From the human T2T-CHM13v2.0 reference genome, Homo sapiens, in assembly GCF_009914755.1 (NCBI RefSeq), contig NC_060933.1: DNA of 64,000 nt; one strand, written 5' to 3'. Position 1 is the stretch's first letter. Every line of letters starts with the position of its first letter. Made by a program: the position numbers and the translations under genes. Below the pieces are notes generated by a model, which was not told where the DNA came from, did no database searches, and saw only the letters and a program-made list of their open reading frames with translations. This document shows, piece after piece, positions 15,040 through 26,949 of the stretch.

Positions 15040-17360
15040 ATACATTCCCAATTCCCAATATCAGGAAAGAAGGAAATGTTATCACTACAGACCCCATAGA
15101 CATTAAAAAGGAACATGGCAAACAACTCCGTGCACAAAGAGTCAACTTAGAGGAAATGATCAAATTTCTCAATAACAACCAACCACCAAAATTCACACAA
15201 GATGAAATAGATACCTGAGCAATACTATAAACAGGAAAGAAATAGAATATGTAGTTAAATACCTTCTGAAAAAGACATCTGAAAAGGCTCAGAGATAGGT
15301 TCCTTACATGTTTGGTAGAATTTTCCAGTAAAACTAACAATTACATACACTCTCTTCCAGAAAATAGAGGAGGAAAAAACATTTCCCAACTTAAATGAGG
15401 CTAGCACTACCCTGATAGCAAATCCAGAAAAAGACATTACAAGAAGACTATAGGACAATACCCCTCATGAACACAGATGCAAAAATCCTCAACCAAATAT
15501 TAGCAAACTGAATCCAGTAATATGTAAAAATAATGCACCACAGCCCAAGGGAGTTGATTCCAAAACACAAGATTGACTCAGTGTTCAAAAATCAATAAAT
15601 GCAAGCCACCTACTCACAGAAGAAAAAGCACACAGGCATATCAATTTATACAGAAAATGCATTTAAAAAATTCAACATCCATTCATGATAAAAGCTTTCA
15701 GCAAACTAAACCTAGAAGGGAACTCTCTCAGCCTGACAAAGGGCATCTATGGAAAACTCACAGCTAACATCATACTTCATGGTGGCAGACAGATGCTTTC
15801 ACCGAAAGTCGGAAGCAAGGCAAGGATGTGCTCTCACTACTTCTCAACATTGCACCAGAAGTCTTGGCTAAAGAAACAGGGCAAGAAAAAGAAAGGAAAG
15901 GCACACAAACTGAAAAGAATGAAATAAAATGGACTATTCACAGACAGCATGACTGCCTATGTAGAAAATTCCAAGGATTTCTTTTTGTACAAAAAAGCTC
16001 TTAGAATAAGTGAGGTTAAGCAAAGTCAAGAGGGTCCAAGATCAACAACATAAAAGTGGTCATATTTCTATGGATTCTATCAACATTTGGGAAATTGATA
16101 AAGTGAACTGCATCAAAATTAAAATGTTTGGCTCTGTGAAAGATGCTGTTAAAAGAATTAAAAGGCAAGCTAAAGATTGAGAGAAAATATTTGCAAATCA
16201 CATATCTGACAAAGAACTTGTATTTAGAATATATAAAGAAGTCTCAAAACTCAATATCAAGAAAATAAACAACTCAATTAAAATATGAGCAAGACTTCAA
16301 CAGATACTTCACCAAAGAGGATACACAGATGGCAAATTAGCACATGAAAAGATGTTTTACATCATTAGCCACTAGGAAATGCAATTAAAACCACAATGAG
16401 CACATTATATATACATTAGAATGGCTTAAGAAAAAACTTAACAATACCAGGTGCTGGTAAGGGTACACAGTGATGTGGCTGGTGAGACTGTAATATGGTA
16501 CCGCCACACTAGAAAAGACTTGGGCAGTTTCTTATAAGAATAAACACACACGGACCATATGACCCAGCAATCCCACTTCTGGACATTTATCAAAAGGAAA
16601 TGAAACCGCATGTTCATAGAAAAGCTCATACACAAATGTTTACAGCAGTTCTGTTCAAACACACAATGGACTTACCGAGGGACAAAAAAAAAACCAAACT
16701 ATTGATACCTGCAACAGCTGGAATGAGCCTCAACGGCACAGTGGTGAGTGAAAGAAGTCAATCTCAAAAGGCTATGTACTGCGTGGTTCCATTATATGAC
16801 ATTCTTGAAAAGGTAAACTATAGGAACAAAGAGTAGCTCAGCAGTTATAAGTGATTGGGAGGGAGCTGAATATAAAGGGATGGTATGGGAAGTTTTCTTG
16901 GAGGATAGAATTTCTCTGTATTCTAACTGTGGTCGTGGTTACACCATCTGCACATGTCTTAAAACTCACAGAAATGCACACTGAGATAATCATTCTTACT
17001 GTGTATTAATTTTAAAAGTAAAGGAAAAGGAAAAACAAAATAAAATGACTGCACCAATTTGATTGAAATGTCTTTTAAAATACCTTTATTTTTAGCCAGA
17101 CACAAAAGGAGAAACACTGCGTGATTCCACTTATAGGAGGTCCCTAGAGTAGTCAGTCACAGCGACAGAAAGGGGAATCAGGGCTGGGGAGTTATTTAAT
17201 GGGTACAGAGTTTCCATTTGGGATGATGAAAAACCTCAGGAGATGGAGGGTGGTGATGGCTGCCCAACAATATGGATGTACTTAATGCCACTAAACTATA
17301 CCCTTAAACATGGTTAAAATGATCAATTTTATGTTTATTTTACCACAATTGTAAAAACTC
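15040..17360 (+). mobile_element. Degraded L1M ORF2 and 3'UTR fragments
   Basis: A-rich; L1 ORF2-like sequence (gatgcaaaaatcctcaaccaaatattagcaaactgaatccag; IKAFSKLNLEGN; YGKLTANIILHG) and 3'UTR motifs. Confidence 0.85.
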
Positions 17361-17532
17361 ATGTTCTTCCACAAGAATAGATTTAGAAAATTGTATTTGT
17401 ATAAAAATAAAACAATAAAAGAAGTTCAAAAAGCAAAAAGCTAAAGTCTCTCCCCACCACACTCTCCAGATAACATCACTGTCAACAGCTTGCTGTGCTT
17501 CATGTCAGATGTTCACAATCTTTATCATACAC

Positions 17533-18030
17533 ACTGGCTCAGGTGCATGCCGGCTCAGATGCATGCCAGCTCAGGTGCACGCCAGCTCAGGTGCATACAG
17601 GCTGAGGTGCATGCCAGCTCAGGTGCACACCAACTCAGATGCATATAGGCTGAGGTGCATGCCAGATAGGGTGCACGCTGGCTCAGGTGCATACAGGCTG
17701 AGGTGCATGCCAGCTCAGGTGCATGCCAACTCAGGTGCATATAGGTTGAGGTGCAAGCCAGACAGGGTGCACACTGGCTCAGGTGCATACAGGCTGAGGT
17801 GCATGCCAGCTCAGGTGCATGCCAACTCAGGTGCATATAGGTTGAGGTGCAAGCCAGACAGGGTGCACACTGGCTCAGGTGCATACAGGCTGAGGTGCAT
17901 GCCAGCTCAGGTGCACACCAACTCAGGTGCATATAGGCTGAGGTGCACGCCAGCTAGGGTGCATGCTGACTCAGATGCATACAGGCTGAGGTGCATGCCA
18001 GCTCGGGTGCATGCCCGCTTAGGTGCACAC
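17533..18030. repeat. Minisatellite of ~16-bp monomers (ctcaggtgcatgccag-like) with 48-bp and 96-bp higher-order units
   Basis: 16-aa periodicity in ORF 17509..18048; alternating PAQV/PDRV variants mark the 96-bp unit. Confidence 0.92.
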
Positions 18031-18170
18031 AGGAATAGGGGCTTCTAATTCTGTGATTAAATGTGAAACAGAGGTCCTGGGTCAATTTGCACAATCCTTC
18101 TGACTTTAAAAGAGTCATGCTCTTTGCTTCCCACAAGAGGCAACTGAAAAGTAAGTAAAACACATCCCAA

Positions 18171-19200
18171 GGGTGAAGTCACTGGTGGAGGGTAAAGAAC
18201 ACAAGATGGCAGCCACCAAGGGCTGGGGAGTAAAAGTCCTTCGCAATTTCTGACTGTCGTAAGAACTCGATGAAGGCCAGAAAGGAGGAGGAGATGGCAA
18301 AGTTAGCTGGGATTGAGAAGATGATGGAGACAAGACACTTACAAGATGGACAGGAATGATCACTGGGCATCCAAGAACAATTTATGAAAGCCAAATATAC
18401 AGCCTTAAAATAGAATGTGGACCTAAACACTGAGAAGCACCCCCCCTTTTGTAAGATTTGTGACAAAAATTAATTTGAGTGGAGTTAACAGTCCTAACGA
18501 CATGGTGGACCCAAGAGCCAAATCACCGCTAGCAAAACGGCAGAATTCATATAGCATTCAAAGATGTCCTGCAAGAGCTTTGGGCCTAATGATGTCGGTG
18601 CTTAATGATGTCTATGGAATATATGAAACTTCCTCAGCTGCGCGAAGGCCAATGTTACAAGTTAATCAAAAGGAAAAACCCCAGGCCCTTCCCCTTTTCC
18701 CCCATTCAACTTAAGTAGTCTTCATTTCCCACAGTAGTAAATTTTCTAGATACATCTTGTAGACCTCAAAGTACTGGAGAGGGCCAGGCATGGTGGCTCA
18801 CATCTGTAATCCCAGCATTTTGGGAGGCTGAGGTGAGAGGAGTGCTTGAGCCCAGGGGTTTGAGACCAGCCTGGGCAACATAGTGAGACCCCATCTCTAT
18901 AAAAAATGTAAAAAAATTAGCCAGGCATGGTGGCACACGCCTGTGGTCCCAGCTACTCAGGAGGCTGAGGTGGGAGGATCACTTGAGCCCAGGAGGTTGA
19001 AGTTGCAGTAAGCCAACACTGCACTCCCGCCTAGGCAACAGAGCAAGACCCTGTCTCAACAAATAAAGTATTGGAAAGGAAGCGCTCATTCAACTTATCT
19101 TAAGATACTGTAAGATATCTGCCACTTTTCCTAAGATATTGTAAATGATACTACATTTTGAAATATGTAAGTTGTGCTATAACAACAACAACAACAAAAC
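18171..19200 (+). pseudogene. Processed pseudogene of UBE2V1, 3'UTR interrupted by an Alu
   Basis: ATG at 18206 gives MAATKGWGVKVLRNF* versus UBE2V1 MAATTGSGVKVPRNFR. ORF 18460 gives TKINLSGVNSPNDMVDPRAKSPLAKRQNSYSI versus [32 protein letters not shown]. Intronless, stop at 18251-18253, frameshifts; UTR-like sequence resumes after the Alu and ends in an (AAC)n/A-rich tail. Confidence 0.92.
18782..19065 (+). mobile_element. Alu (AluJ-like) inserted into the UBE2V1 pseudogene
   Basis: Imperfect TSD aaagtactggaga / aaagtattggaaa. Confidence 0.88.
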
Positions 19201-19262
19201 ATCCTAGGCCTGAGCAAGCAGTGCTCCGTTCGGAGCTGACCCAAACCTTAAAAAGGAGCGAA

Positions 19263-19889
<627 letters not shown>

Positions 19890-22300
19890 CTACAGAGACT
19901 CCAGGCTGGTCAATCAGTGACAGAAATTTGAGTTCCCTTTCTCAGGTCCTCCCCAGGCATCCCCCAGAGAAGTAGGACAGAGAGAAGACGGGTACCATGC
20001 CCACAGCAGCACTCTGGGTCCCCCAAGGGCTGCCTTCACGGTCCCCATCCCAGCCCAAAGGAGTTCCAGCCACTCTGCTGATGCATGGCACCAAGTTCTG
20101 GGCTCAAGTCCTCCCACCTCCCCCTTTGGTTGCCAAGAAACCTCCCTCCAAAGACGTCCAAATTCAAACTGCTGCTTCTAGACACCTGGCACCAATAAAC
20201 CCCGAAGATAAACACAGCCTGACTCATTTACCCAGGCCTGTGCATCGCAAGCATTTTAGCCATAATTAACCTTCGCTTAAACCCTGTGTTTGTGCTTGAG
20301 TTTAGCAATCACCAGCATTCGAATCCAAATAAGAACATCACAAAAGATTACAGTGGACAAATAAAATATAAACAGATCCAAATGCCTCCATGTTCTTAAT
20401 TACTAGCTATGTTCCTTTGTATACACAGATGAAAGCAGCAACTAAATAGCCTGCGTAAACTGCGTTTACATGAGTTTTTCTCTGTATGACCAGAAGCACT
20501 AAAACTCACCTGCAGAACTCCACTGAGCTTCAGAACCCGTGGGTGATTTTTGTTTTTTCAGTGTGTACACTTCATTATCGTTTTCAAGCCCACCCTGGAA
20601 GAGGACAAGGGCTAAAACATGAAATATTAAGCCACTCTCCCCCAAGCTACAGACACATGTAGCTTGACAGACACATGTCAGCTTCTGCCTGACAGACATA
20701 TGTCCCTCAAAGAAGAGAAAAAAGCCAGACGGATTCTTCCCACACCACCACGTTCCTCCTGGCCAAGCCTTTCCGTAGAGAAAGGCCAAGCTGGGTTCAA
20801 GACCGGAGACTCTGCTCTCAGGTCTGTGACTGTCAGCCCCTGCAATAGGGGTCCCTGCTGCAGAGGCCCCTGGTGTCCCACCCTGAAAAGTCCCAGAAAG
20901 CACTTCTGAGAGCAGCAGCTCTGGCTTTAGAACCTGAGGAGGGTGCCTGGGGCTACAGGGAGGGTTTCACAGCTGCCCTGCTGGCACCATGTGGTCACCA
21001 GACCCCTCTTTCTCCCCAGCTCCGGGCCCACCCCGGAGGAGGCTCTCCTGGGGAAAAGGGTCGAGGTGCAGGATGAGAAAGAACCTGCAGAACCTGCAGC
21101 TGGAGGACAGACCAGCCACAACCTGGAGGCCATCCTGGGCTGCCAGGAATGACCAGGCTTTGTGAGAACCAGTGTCACAGAGGCTGGGCAGGAAGCCCCA
21201 AGGGCCTGAAAGCAGGTGGGACTGAGACCCATGTCCCCACCCACCTGGGAGCCAGAAGGGGCCTGCTGGGCCCCCAGATCCTGAGCCTCAGCCAGTGAGA
21301 AGCAGGGAAGGGGACACATGCTGACCACCAGTCCCAGGAACAAACACCCACTCCTGCCAGCCCAACCACACCAGGACTGGTCCATGGGTCACAGCCTTGG
21401 CATGGGCTCAGCTCCCCACTCCCACCACACGGCCAGTGACCTGAGTCCCTCCTACCTCTGTGACCAGCTCCACTCTCTCACTTGTTCACCCATCAATCAT
21501 TCATTCACTCCAACACTGCACCTGATGGAAAAGAAAGAGAAGAGCCACCTTTACCAGTCCTGGAGCTGGCACCCCTCTGCATTCCCCTACTGATCCATCA
21601 GGCAGCTCCCATCCAGTCCAGACCAAGCCTGCCGTGGACCACCAGGCTGTGTTTCTCCCGCCTCGCTGTGACTGTTTACGGTAGAATTCACAGGATGGCA
21701 CACAGGTCTGATAAGAGCACGCCAGGCACACGGGAGGCCAATGTCAGCAGGCTCACAGAGAGCGGGAAACAATGATATGACCATGGCTTGCACAAATATT
21801 TTTTTTCCCAGAAAAAGAAAATATCATGGAGGCAGAGCTCCCAGGCTTTCTGCTAATAAATGCCTCTAGCATGTCCAAGCCATGTCACATTTTGAAGGAA
21901 AATGAAGCAGTTTTTGGAAGGAGGACAACAGGAATGGTCCCCAGAGGCACCTAAGGTATTACTGATGCTTAAATATGGGGCCAGTGGTGACCGGAATGAA
22001 GCAACCTTCCTAAGAAGCAGAAGGTCGGCTGAGGTGTGAGCGCAGCTTGCACAAGGCCCCGGACCTCGCTCCTGGTGCCATTAGAATGTAAGAAGTGCCA
22101 ACCTTCGGCCACCTCATGCTGGCCCGATGATCTCTGGGCAAGAATAACAAGCCCTGCCTGCTCTGGGGCAGGCTTCTGGGAGCAGGGCAACACCTTCATA
22201 CAATACACCTTGAGCAAGCTCACACACCTTACCTAGGGCCCACACTGGTTTATAAAACATAGCATGCCACGGGGCCCGTGCACTGGGGAGCACTGACCAG

Positions 22301-22710
22301 TGTGATGGCTGATGTCACATGTCAACTTGGCTGTGCCACAGTACCCAGATATCTGGCCAATCATTATTCTTGATACTTCTGTGGAGGTATTACTTTTTTA
22401 ATGAGATCAACATTTAAAGCAGAGGCTTTGAGTAAAGCAAATGGCCCTCTGTAATGAGGGTGGTCCTCATCCAATCAGCTGAAGGCATGAATAGCACAGG
22501 CTGACCTCCCCCAAGGAGAAGAGCAGAAAGTTCTGCCTCCAGACAGCCTTCCATTGAGCTGCAATTCTTCTCTGGGTCTCCAGCCTGCTGTATATTTTAG
22601 ACTCGTGGCATCTCCACAATCAGGTGAGCCAATTCCTTGTAATGTCTACACACGCATACACATGCACACACCCATTAGTTTCACTTCTGTGGGGGACCCT
22701 GACCGACACA
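22301..22710 (+). mobile_element. MLT2-type (ERVL) solo LTR
   Basis: tgtgatgg...tgtcaacttggctg start; ctcatccaatcagctgaagg; ...gaccctgaccgacaca end. Confidence 0.8.
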
Positions 22711-23164
22711 ATCAATCAGGGACATGGCAAAGGTATCACGCCAGGCTCCAGAGATGCCTCCAATCCCCACTTCGGAGCAGAACCTGACTGCGGAAGGAAG
22801 CCCCCATGACCACATGGCACCAACAAAAAGTCATGCCTGTGAAGGATCTAGGCACATACACAATATTTGGCTGGGATACTGGGCTGACCTGTCCAGGGAT
22901 AGGAGAGCCGACTTATCTGACCCCAGAGAAACACACCACATCACTGTACTACCATGTCAAATTCTCCCCAGGCCATTTCACTTTAGACAAGCTGGAGGCA
23001 TGGAGGAGAGTGGGGCGAGTTTTATCTTTTGGCTAAAAATACAACTAAGACTTCCGTAAAATAAGTTCAGTAAGCCTCCTAATGAGAAGAGACTCCTAAA
23101 TCCAAGAAACTCTCCCAGAATGCAGACTTCCAGCATGCTGTGCACTGCTATTCTGGAACCTATG

Positions 23165-23302
23165 AGCACACATGTGCAGGCAGGCACTCACACACACATG
23201 CATATATGCACAAGGTACATGCACGTACACACACACACACACAAATGCTCACATTCACATACACACATGCATGCACCCCCCCACACACACACAAACACAC
23301 AC
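23165..23302. repeat. Degenerate (CA)n tract
   Basis: Directly visible. Confidence 0.85.
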
Positions 23303-24159
23303 GGCCTACTAAAACACTGCCAATTTCATTTTCTGGGCTCCACCATTCACAGGGGCCATCACATGTCCTGCTAATCAATGCCTTGACAAGAGTAATGTAC
23401 ACCAAGGAAAACAGTCAAGGGTGTGGCAGACTGGAGAGACCTCCACTGAAGGCCCCAGGGACACACAGCACACACAAGGGCACACATGGCTTCGTAGCAC
23501 ACTGCAGAACATACACATCTATGACACAGTGGTGAGCAAATAAAGCAAGGTGCATACCTCTGCGTGGCATGACCGCGACTTTGGGGAAACACCCCCTCTA
23601 TGGATGTGTGTGTACTTATGCATGCACGCATGTGTGTGCATCTGAAAATCGCAGAGAAAAAAATTCAGAAAGGCAGGTTGTTTATGGCATTTACCCAGCA
23701 CAATGAAAGCGTTCACTCTTTGCTTTCTGTCTTCATTTTCTGAGCAATAAAAATGCCATTAAAATAATGGAAAAGTTAGTCAGCACATCTTACTTCCTGT
23801 TCACACTAAATATCCAACAAGTATTCTTGTAGAAACACTCCTTAAAAGCAAAGGCCCCACCAACAGAGAGAAAAACTCGCATAAAAAAGATAGAAGGCAC
23901 CTTTCCTGTTTCCCCTCTGAGTCAACATGAAGTTATTTTACGAAGCAGAGAGTTTCCACTGTACTCTTATTTCTACAGCTTCCCACAAAGGCAAAAAGCA
24001 GCTGTGGTTTCCATTTTCCTGCTGATAAAGCCCTGCTGAAATATATCCTGGAGAAGGTGAAAGCCTGCCAGCCCTGTCTCCGCCCACCAGGGCCACCAGC
24101 TCAGCCCGCGCAGTATTTCAATTGCCTTCTTGTGTGCTGTAACAGGTTGAAGAGATGCA

Positions 24160-24515
24160 ATCTTGTTTGCAAAAAGGGTCTTTCTAGATGTAAGAATCTC
24201 AGGATGAGATCTCCCTGGGTTATCTGAGTGGGCCCTAAATCCAGGGACAAGTGCCCTTATAGATACACTCAGAGGGAAAGACAGACGCAGACGCCATGTG
24301 ATGTTGGAGCAGAGACTGGAGCAATGTGTCACAAGCCAAGGGACACTGGGGCCACACAAGAGGGAAGAAGCAGGACGGAGGCCCCCCTAGAGCCTCAGGG
24401 GAGTGTGGCCCTGCTGACACCTTGATTTTTACTTCTGACCTCCAGAACTGGGAGAATAAGTTTCTGTTGTTGGAAACCACCCAGTGTGTGGTACTTTTTA
24501 TGGCAGCTACCAGAC
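24160..24515 (+). mobile_element. MLT1 (MaLR; MLT1B/C-like) LTR
   Basis: gggccctaaatcca; gtgtggccctgctgacaccttgatttt...cctccagaactg motifs. Confidence 0.8.
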
Positions 24516-24799
24516 ATTCATCCCTATGTCCCCTGTGCGCCTATGAAAAGGGATTGTTTCCTTCATGGTTCATTTACAGAGAAAGCAAGAAAGCCCCCAA
24601 TACACAGACTATGAAAATGTGCGGAATGAGATGAAATGAATCATCCTCACTGCACCCTTGTTAGGGGTCTGCCTCTTGTTCACACTCCACTCTCCCACCC
24701 AAAACCTGAGTCCTATGGCCCCCTCATCCCCCACCCCACCCCACCCCACCCCAAGGCCCTTCCTTCCCCCTCCTTGGGCAGCCACCGCTTTTGTTCCTG

Positions 24800-25290
24800 T
24801 CACTGCTGCTGTGTTGCATGTTACCCTGAACTCAGCAGCCTGCAACATGTTACTACACTCCCAATTCTGTGGGTGAGGAGCCTCAGCGGGCCCCAGCTTC
24901 AGTCAGCTCATCTCTGCTCCAATGTCCAAGGACACCAAAGCTGACACACCTAATTACCAAGGGCTACAGCTACAGTCCTTGGAAGGCCTGTCCCCTCACT
25001 TATCAGGGCCCTGAGTGGAGGGGACTGAATACCAGGGCTGCCCACTGGAGCTCCCATGGCTGCCTGTGGAGCTTGGGTTTCCTCACAGCATGGCTGCCAA
25101 AGGGCCAACTCCTTCCTTGGCATCACAGGGCTCCCAGAGCCAGCATCCTGGTGAACAATGGGGAAGCCACATTGGGGGTCACTCAGCCTCACACCCACCA
25201 CATTCCACCAATCAAGGCAGTCAGGAAGTAACCCAGATCCACAGCAAGGGGACAGACACCCTGCATCTCAGTGGCAGCAATGGCGAGATT
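24800..25290 (-). mobile_element. Old MLT1-type LTR fragment
   Basis: Degenerate reverse MaLR motifs (aattctgtgggtgagga; aagtaacccagatcca). Confidence 0.5.
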
Positions 25291-25454
25291 GGCCACCATG
25301 TTTTAAAAACTACAGCTTTTCGCCCAGCTCAGCCACCAGCTGTTTCCGATTTGCTCTGAGTTCTAACTCAGTGTTTGTTACTTCAACACCTCAGCCCCGT
25401 CCTCGTTGGGCAGCCTCACCCTCAAGATCCCCTCAAAGCCCCTGTATCCCCTAT

Positions 25455-26949
25455 TGTGTCCGGAATTGGTGGGTTCTTGGTCTCACTGACTTCAAGAATG
25501 AAGCCGTGGACCCTCGCGGTGAGTGTTACAGCTCTTACGGTGGCGCGTCTGGAGTCTGTCCCTTCTGATGTTCAGATGTGTTCAGAGTTTCTTCCTTCTG
25601 GTGGGTTCGTGGTCTCGCTGGCTCGGGAGTGAAGCTGCAGACCTTCACGGTGAGTGTTACAGCTCTTAAGGCAGCGCGTCTGGAGTTGTTCGTTCCTCCC
25701 GGTGGGCTCGTGGTCTCGCTGGGCTCAGGAGTGAAGCTGCAGATCTTCGCGGTGAGTGTTACAACTCATAAAAGCAGCGTGGACCCAAAGAGCTAGCAGT
25801 AGCAAGAGCGAAAGAACAAAGCTTCCACAGTGTGGAAGGGGACCCGAGCGGGTTGCCAATGCTGGCTCGGGCAGCCTGCTTTTATTCTCTTATCTGGCCC
25901 CACCCACATCCTGCTGATTGGTAGAGCCGAGTGGCCTGTTTTGTCAGGGCGCTGATTGGTGCGTTTACAATCCCTGAGCTAGATAGAAAGGTTCTCCACG
26001 TCCCCATCAGATTAGTTAGATACAGAGTTTCCACACACAGGTTCTCCAAGGCCCCACCAGAGCAGCTAGATACAGAGTGTCGATTGGTGCACTCACAAAC
26101 CTTGAGCTAAACACAGGGTGCTGATTGGTGTATTTACAATCCCTGAGCTAGATATAAAGGTTCTCCACGTCCTCACCAGAGCAGCTAGATACAGAGTGTC
26201 GATTGGTGCACTCACAAACCTTGAGCTAAACACAGGGTGCTGATTGGTGTATTTACAATCCCTGAGCTAGATATAAAGACTCTCCACGTCCCCACCAGAC
26301 TCAGGAGCCCAGCTGGTTTCACCTAGTGGATCCCGCACCGGGGCTGCAGGTGGAGCTGCCTGCCAGTCCTGTGCCGTGCGCTCGCATTCCTCAGCCCTTG
26401 GGTGGTCGATGGGACTGGGCGCCGTGGAGCAGGGGGTGGCTCTCGTCGGGGAGGCTCGGGCCGCACAGGAGCCCATGGAGTGGGTGGGAGGCTCAGGCAT
26501 GGCGGGCTGCAGGTCCCGAGCCCTGCCCCGTGGGAAGGCAGTCAAGGCCCGGTGAGAAATCGAGCACAGCGCCGGTGGGCCAGCACTGCTGGGGGACTCA
26601 GTACACCCTCCGCAGCCACTGGCCCGGGTGCTAAGTCCCCCATTGCCCGGGGCCAGAAGGGCTGGCTGGCTGCTCCGAGTGCGGGGCCCACCAAGCCCAC
26701 GCCCACCCGGAACTCCAGCTGGCCCGCAAGTGCCGCACACAGCCCCTGTTCCCGCTCCTGCCTCTCCCTCCACACCTCCCTACAAACTGGGGGAGTGGGC
26801 TCCGGCCTTGGCCAGCCCAGAAAGGGGCTCCCACAGTGCAGTGGGGGACTGAAGTGCTCCTCAAATGCCGCCAAAGTGGGAGCCCAGGCAGGGGAGGTGC
26901 CGAGAGCAAGCGAGGGCTCTGAGGACTGCTAGCACGCTGTCACCTCTCA
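25455..26949 (-). mobile_element. Solo ERV9 LTR (LTR12C-like), same orientation as the host gene
   Basis: Minus strand starts TGAGAGGTGACAGCGTGC and ends CCAATTCCGGACACA; 4-bp TSD CTAT at 25451-25454 and 26950-26953; CpG-rich U3; ~119-bp tandem enhancer repeats; U5 repeats containing gtgagtgttaca. Confidence 0.95.
25850..26290 (-). promoter_or_regulatory. LTR12 U3 enhancer/promoter
   Basis: Six CCAAT boxes (attgg on + at 25917, 25955, 26083, 26124, 26202, 26243), GATA site AGATAA (25890-25895) and the ERV9 TATA-equivalent AATAAA (25881-25886). Confidence 0.8.

Noticed and set aside
17509-18048. 179-aa repetitive Cys/His ORF, or a CRISPR-like array
   Set aside because: Contiguous tandem minisatellite with no unique spacers, in human DNA; the open frame follows from the 48-bp period.
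26267-26932. GC-rich ORFs and an apparent second CpG island
   Set aside because: Entirely the U3 region of LTR12C.
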